64,000 nucleotides of DNA from Alphaproteobacteria bacterium (GTDB taxonomy: Bacteria; Pseudomonadota; Alphaproteobacteria; UBA828), in the NCBI GenBank assembly GCA_965237415.1, contig CBDEFM010000002.1, positions 1,056,001-1,120,000 of the forward strand. The letters are read 5' to 3'. The position numbers and the translations under genes were made by a program. Under the pieces are notes generated by a model. The model did not search any database. It was not told the DNA's origin and saw nothing but the letters and a program-made list of their open reading frames with translations. Shown piece after piece: positions 1 to 6,896 of the stretch. Position 1 is the stretch's first letter, and each line of letters begins with the position of its first letter.

Positions 1-588
1 GCCGCGCCGTTCCAGGCGGATGTCTCGCAGGTCGCCGACTGCGAGCGGCTGGCGGCCGAGGTGGCGGAGGCCTTCGGCACCATCGACATCCTCATCAACA
101 ACGCCGGCGTCTACCACCCGCTCCCCTTGGAGGAGACCACCGAGGCGCTCTGGGACGCCCAGATCGACATCAACCTCAAGGGCAGCTTCTTCATGATCAA
201 GGCGGTGGCGCCGGCGATGAAGGCGAAGGGCGCGGGCAAGATCGTCAATATCACGTCCACCTTGGGCCTCGTCGGCACCAGCGCCGGCGCCGCCTATTGC
301 GCGTCGAAGGGCGGCCAGATGCTGCTGACCAAGGCGCTCTGCCTGGAGCTCGGGCCGCACGGAATCAACGTCAACGCGGTGGGGCCCGGTGCGACGATAA
401 CCGACATGAACGCGGCGATCCGCGCCCAGCCCGGCAAGGAGGAGCGCATGAACGACCTCTCGCCCATCGGCCGCTACTGGATGAACGCCGATGACATGTC
501 GGGTGCGGTGGCCTATCTCGTGTCTGCGGAAGCGGACGCCGTGCACGGCGCCCACCTCATGATCGACCACGGCTGGACCGCCTGGTAG
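1..588 (+). CDS. Short-chain dehydrogenase/reductase (SDR), 5'-truncated by window edge
   Basis: INNAG motif, catalytic YCASK (YxxxK), VNAVGPG, C-terminal DHGW; frame open from window start. Confidence 0.9.
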   Translation, partial: AAPFQADVSQVADCERLAAEVAEAFGTIDILINNAGVYHPLPLEETTEALWDAQIDINLKGSFFMIKAVAPAMKAKGAGKIVNITSTLGLVGTSAGAAYCASKGGQMLLTKALCLELGPHGINVNAVGPGATITDMNAAIRAQPGKEERMNDLSPIGRYWMNADDMSGAVAYLVSAEADAVHGAHLMIDHGWTAW

Positions 589-620
589 GGCGCTCCGGCA
601 TCGCGCGCGCAGCCCCGATC

Positions 621-1322
621 GTGTGCGGGCGATTCACGCAGCGCCTCTCGTGGCGCGAGCTTCATAAGCTCCTCGGCCTGATCGGCCCGGCCCAGAACGT
701 GCGGCCGCGCTACAACGTGGCGCCGGGGCAGACCATCGCCGCGGTGCGCCTGAGCGGCGGCGACCGCCACCTCTCCATGCTGCGCTGGGGTCTGATCCCC
801 GCGTGGGCCAAGGAGCCCAACATCGGCTACAAGCTGATCAACGCGCGCGCCGAGACCGCGCACGAAAAGCCCTCGTTCCGCGCCGCCTTCCGCGCGCGCC
901 GCTGCCTGATCCCGGCCGACGGCTTCTACGAATGGGCGAAGGCAGGCAAGGGCAGAGCCAAGCAGCCTTGGCTGTTCGGGATGAAGGGCGGAGGCGGCTT
1001 CGCCTTCGCCGGGCTGTGGGAGAGCTGGACGGTTCGCGAGGGCCTCGCGCTCACCGGCTCCCTCGCCGAGTTAGAGCCGGGCGATACGCTGGAGACCTGC
1101 ACCATCCTCACCACCGAGGCCAACGAGACCGTGGCCCCCGTCCACCACCGCATGCCGCTGATCCTACCGGCGGCGGCATTCGACCCCTGGCTCACGGGCG
1201 ATGCGGTCCCGCTGGCCCCCTACCCTGCAGACGCCATGACCGCTCATCCAGTGAGCATGCTTGTCAACAAGCCCGCGAATGACGATGAACGGTGTGTGGA
1301 GGCTGCCCCTCCCCACGACTAG
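621..1322 (+). CDS. SOS response-associated peptidase (SRAP/YedK/HMCES family), abasic-site protection protein
   Basis: N-terminal MCGRF (Cys2), RYNVAP, LINARAET, GFYEW, TILT, HHRMP motifs; GTG start. Confidence 0.93.
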   Translation: MCGRFTQRLSWRELHKLLGLIGPAQNVRPRYNVAPGQTIAAVRLSGGDRHLSMLRWGLIPAWAKEPNIGYKLINARAETAHEKPSFRAAFRARRCLIPADGFYEWAKAGKGRAKQPWLFGMKGGGGFAFAGLWESWTVREGLALTGSLAELEPGDTLETCTILTTEANETVAPVHHRMPLILPAAAFDPWLTGDAVPLAPYPADAMTAHPVSMLVNKPANDDERCVEAAPPHD

Positions 1323-1464
1323 CGGCAGATGACAAAGTCCTCCGCTTCGGCTAATTCTTTTACATGTGGTGCCTGGTTGGCCAACAATTCTCTGACAGTC
1401 GGCTAGACAAAAGACCCCATGATACGCTCAATAGTTTTGGGCAGAGCGAAAGCTGAGTAACGCT

Positions 1465-2505
1465 GTGATTGACGAAAACGGATTTGAAGGCGACGAAGCC
1501 CCACCCTCCGCGCTGGAGATTGCTACGGATTTTGTCACTGGCGTGCCAGTTCCTGCGCCGCTTAAGAGAAATTTGCTCAAAGCAATCTCACGACTGTGCT
1601 CTGCTTTGATCGATAATCCCGTGGCGCACCTCCAGGGCAAAGCAGAAGAACGACGCGCGGTGACGAAGGCGCGCATACGGTTGATAGATACCACCGCCGA
1701 TCGTGTTGCAGAGCAAATGCGCCTAGATCCAGAGTATGCGCGGCGGGCAATTTCGCAGTTTGGCAATAGGATACTTCGAGAGCAGGTCAACCTGGATACG
1801 ATCACGCGAAAGGGGATAGAAGAATTAAATCGTGAAACGACTTCTAGATATGACACTTCTTCAGATGCGGAGATAAGTGACGATTGGTTAGCATGTTTTG
1901 AAGAGGAAGCACGAAAAAAGAGCGCAGAGGATACGCAGATATATTTTGCCCGTGTACTAGCAGGAGAAATTCGGAAGCCGAATTCATACTCGTTGAAGTC
2001 AATAAAGACCCTCGGTGAGATGGATCAGGAAATAGCCAAAGCGTTCCACAGGCTTTGTTCTATGAGCGTAATTTTGGGAGATGCATCAAATCAAATTATC
2101 GACATCCGTGTTTTGTCACTTGGTGGCAATGCCGCCAATAATTCGTTAGATAAGTATGGCTTGCCTTTCAACCTCCTAAATTTATTGAATGAGTACGGGC
2201 TCATCATCTCAGACTTTAATTCGTGGCGGGACTATCAAATCTGTATAGGTTTGGCCGTATCATCTGAAGGCGGTCAACCCCGAACAGTTCGTTTACCTCT
2301 TATCCATCAGGGAGTATCTTGGCTCATACAGCCGTTACCAGGACGAAACCCTAGTAAGAAGTTTAAGGTGCACGGAGTAGCGCTAACTCAAACTGGTCAA
2401 GAATTATCGAAGGTTGTTGAATTGGAGCCGATTGAAGAATATACGAGAGAATTGAAGAACTTTTTTCGAATAAGCAAGTTGGAAATGACGGCGTTGAGAA
2501 GTTAG
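1465..2505 (+). CDS. DUF2806-like protein, visibly AT-richer than flanks
   Basis: DDWLxxFEEEAxxxSxEDxQxxFARVLAGEIRKPxSYSLKSIKTL signature; many A/T-ending codons. Confidence 0.75.
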   Translation: MIDENGFEGDEAPPSALEIATDFVTGVPVPAPLKRNLLKAISRLCSALIDNPVAHLQGKAEERRAVTKARIRLIDTTADRVAEQMRLDPEYARRAISQFGNRILREQVNLDTITRKGIEELNRETTSRYDTSSDAEISDDWLACFEEEARKKSAEDTQIYFARVLAGEIRKPNSYSLKSIKTLGEMDQEIAKAFHRLCSMSVILGDASNQIIDIRVLSLGGNAANNSLDKYGLPFNLLNLLNEYGLIISDFNSWRDYQICIGLAVSSEGGQPRTVRLPLIHQGVSWLIQPLPGRNPSKKFKVHGVALTQTGQELSKVVELEPIEEYTRELKNFFRISKLEMTALRS

Positions 2506-2718
2506 TGTCCTGATCGAGAAGTTCGTATGCATTGCGGGAAACCCCAACACGTCATGGCCGGGCTTGTCCCGGCCATCCACGCGTTCGCCCAGCGTCCGAC
2601 GGGTCTGGCTGAGCGAGATGCCCGGAACAAGTCCGGGCATGACGTTGCAGGAGTGGCTGGTTCGGAGAGGTCAGACGCCCACTCCGAAATCATGCGAACT
2701 TCGGAAGCCGGACATTAG
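2503..2718. mobile_element. MITE-like element with imperfect ~35-bp terminal inverted repeats
   Basis: Left end tagtgtcctgatcgagaagttcgtatg vs reverse complement of right end taatgtccggcttccgaagttcgcatg; no transposase inside. Confidence 0.6.
2551..2643. repeat. Alphaproteobacterial REP-like palindrome pair
   Basis: gtcatggccgggcttgtcccggccatccac ... gatgcccggaacaagtccgggcatgac: two GTCAT-capped hairpins in inverted orientation. Confidence 0.8.
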
Positions 2719-2896
2719 GTTATTTCAAGCTCTACGGCCTATAGAAAAGAGGCCCGAAAGTCTCGGGTGAGATCGCGCGCTCTATGCCCGGGGACCAATG
2801 TCCCCAAGCGTACCGCGCACAGCACCTGACTTGGGAGTCGGCGCGCCTCGTAACCGTTGCCACCGTTGGGAATTGCGCCTTCGGCAGGCGAGGGAA

Positions 2897-3184
2897 CTAC
2901 TTCGCCCCGGCAGCTCTCCGGAGTTGGGCCGCGGGCCGGAATCTGAGGGCCTTGGAGGCCCTGATCCGGATCGCCTCGCCGGTCTGCGGGTTGCGGCCCT
3001 TGCGCCTGGGGCGCTTGACGACGGTGAAGGTGCCGAAGTTGCCGATGGTGTAGCGGCCTTCCTTCTTCGACTTCTTGAGCCCGGCCTCGATCTCGCCCAG
3101 CACCAGGTCCACGGTGCGCTTGGCCTCGGCCTTGCTCAACTTGCCCTTCTTGGCGACGTTCTCGATGAATATGGCTCTGCTCAT
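2897..3184 (-). CDS. HU/IHF-family DNA-binding protein
   Basis: GNFGTF...RKGRNPQTGEAIRI...FRP signature, 95 aa, very basic. Confidence 0.93.
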   Translation of the reverse strand: MSRAIFIENVAKKGKLSKAEAKRTVDLVLGEIEAGLKKSKKEGRYTIGNFGTFTVVKRPRRKGRNPQTGEAIRIRASKALRFRPAAQLRRAAGAK

Positions 3185-3233
3185 GGTCGGAAGCCCCTCT
3201 GTCGTTCCTTATAGCGACTCGAGTGTGACTAAA

Positions 3234-3249
3234 CCGCTACATATAGCGG
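3234..3249. promoter_or_regulatory. Palindromic operator-like site upstream of the HU gene
   Basis: ccgcta-cata-tagcgg, about 50 bp upstream of the HU start codon. Confidence 0.35.
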
Positions 3250-3298
3250 GTTTCAGGCGATGTACACCCCATAAATGTGAGACAATGGGGCGGCTGGC

Positions 3299-3331
3299 CC
3301 CTCCTCTCCTCTCCCGAGGGGAGGAGAGGGA
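3299..3331. repeat. Purine/pyrimidine-block hairpin (REP-like or terminator)
   Basis: cctctcctctc...ggggaggagagg stem between the 190-aa gene and HU. Confidence 0.5.
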
Positions 3332-3357
3332 GTGTCGGGCGGTCTCGGGCTTGGCCC

Positions 3358-3930
3358 TCAATCCGCGCGGCAGGTGATGCGCCAGTCGATGGCGCCGGCC
3401 TTGTCGCGGCGTTCGTAGCTCACGCGGGACTTCTTGAGCTCGGCACGCGCGATCTCGACCAGGCCGTCCTTGAGCGCGGGCGGCAGCGCGTCGAGGTCGA
3501 GGGTGACGGTGACGGGCTCCCGGCGCTTGCGCGCCTTTGCCGGCCGGCCTGCGCGCGCCGCCTGGCGTTGGCGGGGCGCCTCGTCTTCCTCTTCGCCGTT
3601 CGTCCCGTTCCGGTTGGCCCAGATCGAGTCCCAGCCGCTGCGGTAGGCCGGCGTCCTCACGCTCGAGAAGTAGCCGTAGTGAGCGTCTGACTTGCCGCCG
3701 ATGGAGTCGCGCGCGGACTTGCCGGCGTCATTGCCGGACTCCTTGGCTCCGTCCGACGACTTCGTGTCGGTGGAGGACGACTCCGGCGCCGTGCTCCCGG
3801 CGTCGTCCTTGGCCTTGGGCGTGGCATCGGCGCTCTCGCTCTTGCTCTCGGCCTTGGGCGCCGATTCGGTCTTGGGCGCCGATTCGGTCTTGGCCTTCGG
3901 TGCCTTCTTGCTGCTCTTGGCTTCGCTCAT
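3358..3930 (-). CDS. Hypothetical protein with low-complexity K/A/S/E/P N-terminus and ordered C-terminus
   Basis: GC3-rich codons; GAGAGAG RBS-like sequence; N-terminal APKTES repeats; GYFSSVRTPAYRSGWDSIW block. Confidence 0.7.
   Translation of the reverse strand: MSEAKSSKKAPKAKTESAPKTESAPKAESKSESADATPKAKDDAGSTAPESSSTDTKSSDGAKESGNDAGKSARDSIGGKSDAHYGYFSSVRTPAYRSGWDSIWANRNGTNGEEEDEAPRQRQAARAGRPAKARKRREPVTVTLDLDALPPALKDGLVEIARAELKKSRVSYERRDKAGAIDWRITCRAD
3853..3893. repeat. 18-bp in-frame tandem repeat (about 2.3 copies)
   Basis: cttgggcgccgattcggt x2 + cttgg, encoding TESAPK repeats. Confidence 0.9.
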
Positions 3931-4129
3931 CTCTCTCGCTCGTCGACAGCTTCATACACGGGCCCTGGGGGCGTAACGGCTGGGGTATACGAGCAAGACC
4001 GGCCTGCATCAAGACCCCCGTTATGCCAACGTGGGACTGCCTCCCCGGCGCGCGCCGCCGGCCCGGCTTGGAGGCGCATTGCAAATGTGGAATATTCCGC
4101 CGCGCCACATGGGGAGGGAGACGCAGGCC

Positions 4130-5017
4130 ATGATGGACGATCGCGCGCCGGACGAGACCACCAACGTCACCGTGGACGGCCACAACGTCGTCGCCTACAG
4201 CTTCGGCTCCGGCGACGAGGTGCTGTTCTGCGTCAACGGGGGGCCGGGGCTCCCCTGCGACTACCTGCGCGACAGCCACTCCTGGCTCGCCGACAAGGGC
4301 TACCGGGTCGTGGCCTTCGACCAGCTCGGCACCGGCAAGTCGGACCGGCCCGACGACGAGGCGCTCTGGACCATCGAGCGCTATGTCGAGGAGACGGAGA
4401 CCGTGCGCACCGCGCTTGGGCTCGGCCCCGTCCATTATCTGGGGCAGTCCTGGGGGACGTGGCTCGGCCAGGAATGGGCGCTGACCTATCCTGAGAGCTT
4501 CAAGACCATCACCCTCGCCGACGGGGCCGGCGACATTCCGCACCTCGTGAGCGAGCTGCACCGGCTTCGTCAGGCTCTGGGGCCCGAGACCGAGGCGATG
4601 ATGCAGCGCCACGAGGCGGAGGGCACCCTCGAGCACCCCACCTACCAGGCGGCCATCACCATCCTCAACTACCGCCATGTGTGCCGGCTCGACGAGTGGC
4701 CCGCCCCGGTCATGCGATCCCTCGGCGACTGGAACATGGGGCCCTACATGGCGATCCAGGGACCCAACGAGTTCTGCTACACCGGCAGCATCAGGGACAA
4801 GAACTGGCTCCCCGATCTGCACCGGGTGCATCAGCCGGCGCTGGTGCTCTGCGGCCAGCACGACGAGCTCACGCCGGCGTGCTCCATGAAGATCGCGGCG
4901 GCGCTCCCCAACGCCCGGATCAAGGTGTTCCCGAACTCGTCCCATCTGCCGATGTTCGAGGAGCCGGAGGCCTATTTCGAGACCCTGCTGAGTTTCTTGG
5001 ACGCCCATCGCGGTTGA
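4130..5017 (+). CDS. Proline iminopeptidase-family (S33) alpha/beta hydrolase / L-amino acid amidase
   Basis: NGGPG oxyanion motif, DQLGTGKSD, GQSWG nucleophile, G-x-HDE and SSHL; GGGAG RBS upstream of ATG 4130. Confidence 0.9.
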   Translation: MMDDRAPDETTNVTVDGHNVVAYSFGSGDEVLFCVNGGPGLPCDYLRDSHSWLADKGYRVVAFDQLGTGKSDRPDDEALWTIERYVEETETVRTALGLGPVHYLGQSWGTWLGQEWALTYPESFKTITLADGAGDIPHLVSELHRLRQALGPETEAMMQRHEAEGTLEHPTYQAAITILNYRHVCRLDEWPAPVMRSLGDWNMGPYMAIQGPNEFCYTGSIRDKNWLPDLHRVHQPALVLCGQHDELTPACSMKIAAALPNARIKVFPNSSHLPMFEEPEAYFETLLSFLDAHRG

Positions 5018-5038
5018 ACCAAGAGACGGAGAGAAAAT

Positions 5039-5305
5039 ATGGACGTCAAACAAGCAGTAGAGGTGGCAAAAGTCTATGTTTACGACCTATTTAAGGATGA
5101 AGGTGCAACGAACATAGGCCTGGAAGAAATTGAAGATGAGGGAGGATACTGGAAGATAACTATTGGCTTTTCCCGTCCGTGGGATCGGAATATTGGCTCT
5201 GTCCTAAGCGGCGCGACTTCTCGCACGTATAAGACTATACTAGTCGACGACGAGGACGGTCGCATCATGTCCGTGAAAAACCGAATTTTCCCCAAAGAAC
5301 AATAG
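5039..5305 (+). CDS. Small acidic hypothetical protein, putative partner of downstream PIN protein
   Basis: GGAGAG RBS; 88 aa; AT-richer; 4-bp gap to PIN gene. Confidence 0.75.
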   Translation: MDVKQAVEVAKVYVYDLFKDEGATNIGLEEIEDEGGYWKITIGFSRPWDRNIGSVLSGATSRTYKTILVDDEDGRIMSVKNRIFPKEQ

Positions 5306-5309
5306 TTCG

Positions 5310-5774
5310 ATGCTTCCTACGAAAATATTTGTCGATTCGAACCTGCTTGTACTTCTTGTGGTTGGCGAAACTGACAAGAAGCTCATCGTGAAACATCGCC
5401 GCTTAAGAGAATTTCAAGAGGAGGACTACGAAAGACTGGTCAGACTAGTACATCATATTGATCAGATACTTATCACACCTAATACTCTTACTGAAGCGTC
5501 CAACTTATTGGCCCAACATGGAGAGCCTGAACGATCACGCTTTTTCGAAGTGCTTCGAATCCTTATCGAAGAGCATGAGGAGATTGTTGTGACTAGTAAA
5601 ACCGCTAGTCACAACAAGGAATTCGCTCGACTTGGCCTTACGGATGCTGCGCTCCTGGAGGTCGTTTCGAATTCGAATCCTTTAATCACAGTAGACCTCG
5701 CCCTATATCTCGCAGCCATAAGCAAAGAAAGCGAGTCCGCGTACAACTTTAGACATTACCAATCATGGCCATGA
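5310..5774 (+). CDS. PIN-domain (VapC-like) ribonuclease
   Basis: IFVDSNLL (D1), TLTEAS (E), GLTDAALL (D), LITVD (D) acidic tetrad. Confidence 0.85.
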   Translation: MLPTKIFVDSNLLVLLVVGETDKKLIVKHRRLREFQEEDYERLVRLVHHIDQILITPNTLTEASNLLAQHGEPERSRFFEVLRILIEEHEEIVVTSKTASHNKEFARLGLTDAALLEVVSNSNPLITVDLALYLAAISKESESAYNFRHYQSWP

Positions 5775-5839
5775 ACCACCCTATCGCTCGGACAGTCATG
5801 TCAACCATCGACGATCCGGGCTAAACGGAGGTAAGAAGC

Positions 5840-6733
5840 ATGAATGCGAGCGAGAAGCGCGCCGCGCTCGCCGGCGCGATCAGGAACGGCCAGTTCGTCG
5901 TGGCCCCCGGCGTCTACGACATGATTTCCGCCAAGGTCGCCGACGGCATGGGCTTCCGCGCGCTCTACATGACCGGCTACGGCGTCGCGGCCTCCCACCT
6001 CGGCCTGCCGGACGCGGGGGTCGCGAGCTACGCCGACATCGTGAGCCGGGTCCGCACCATCGCGGGCGGCACGGCCTCGCCGCTGATCTGCGACGCGGAT
6101 ACCGGCTTCGGCGGCCTCCTCAACGTCCGCCACACGGTGCAGGGCTACGAAGACGCGGGCTGCAGCGCGATCCAGCTCGAAGACCAGGAAATGCCCAAGA
6201 AGTGCGGGCATACGCCAGGGCGCCGCGTCGTCCCCATCGAGGACATGGTGGAGAAGATCAGGGTCGCCACGGAGGCGCGACGCGATCCCAACTTCCTGAT
6301 CATCGCGCGCACCGATGCGCGCACGAGCCTCGGCCTCGACGAGGCGCTCGCCCGGGGCCATGCCTTTGCCGAGGCCGGCGCCGACGTGATCTTCATCGAG
6401 GCGCCGGAGAGCGAGGCCGAGATCGCGCGGATCGGCGAGACCTTCGACAAGCCGCTGCTGGCCAACATGGTGGACAGCGGCAAGACCCCCATCGTGCCGG
6501 CGGACCGCCTTGCGGCGCTCGGCTTCAACATCGCCATCTATCCCGCCATCGGCATGCTGCCGGCGGCCGGCTCCATGAAGCGCGCGTTCGAGGCCCTGCT
6601 GCGCGACGGCTCGACCGCCAACGTCGATGCGCCGATGATCTCGCTGCCCGAGATGCACACGCTCATGGGCTTCGAAGATGTCTGGGCCTTCGAGCGCCGC
6701 TGGGCCCGGCCCGAGGCCGAGGCGGCGGAATAG
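5840..6733 (+). CDS. Isocitrate lyase/PEP mutase family C-C lyase (2,3-dimethylmalate lyase / methylisocitrate lyase-like)
   Basis: DADTGFG, LEDQ, PKKCGH catalytic loop, IIARTDA. Confidence 0.92.
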   Translation: MNASEKRAALAGAIRNGQFVVAPGVYDMISAKVADGMGFRALYMTGYGVAASHLGLPDAGVASYADIVSRVRTIAGGTASPLICDADTGFGGLLNVRHTVQGYEDAGCSAIQLEDQEMPKKCGHTPGRRVVPIEDMVEKIRVATEARRDPNFLIIARTDARTSLGLDEALARGHAFAEAGADVIFIEAPESEAEIARIGETFDKPLLANMVDSGKTPIVPADRLAALGFNIAIYPAIGMLPAAGSMKRAFEALLRDGSTANVDAPMISLPEMHTLMGFEDVWAFERRWARPEAEAAE

Positions 6734-6840
6734 GCGCCGGTTCGGCTCAAATCTTATTAGGACCGCGCGCGTCGCAGTCGCGCCGTCCAGGCCTGTTGCC
6801 CGGGGAGGGCGGAGGGGGGAACGTAGGCGGCGCCGCGGGC

Positions 6841-6886
6841 TCCCTCTCCGCCCCTGGGGGCGGAGAGGGCCGGGGTGAGGTGGGGG
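6841..6886. repeat. REP-like element between convergent genes
   Basis: ccctctccgccc/gggcggagaggg stem followed by ccggggtgaggtgggg, a common proteobacterial REP layout. Confidence 0.7.
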
Positions 6887-6896
6887 TGCTTGTTCC

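Noticed and set aside
2404-2770. Small ORFs of 63-78 aa over the repeat element
   Set aside because: They are translations of the palindromic REP/MITE sequence, with no RBS or coding bias
1323-5800. Prophage or integrative element explaining the AT-rich inserts
   Set aside because: No integrase, transposase, phage structural gene, tRNA target or flanking direct repeats were seen, and the inserts are separated by host-like genes
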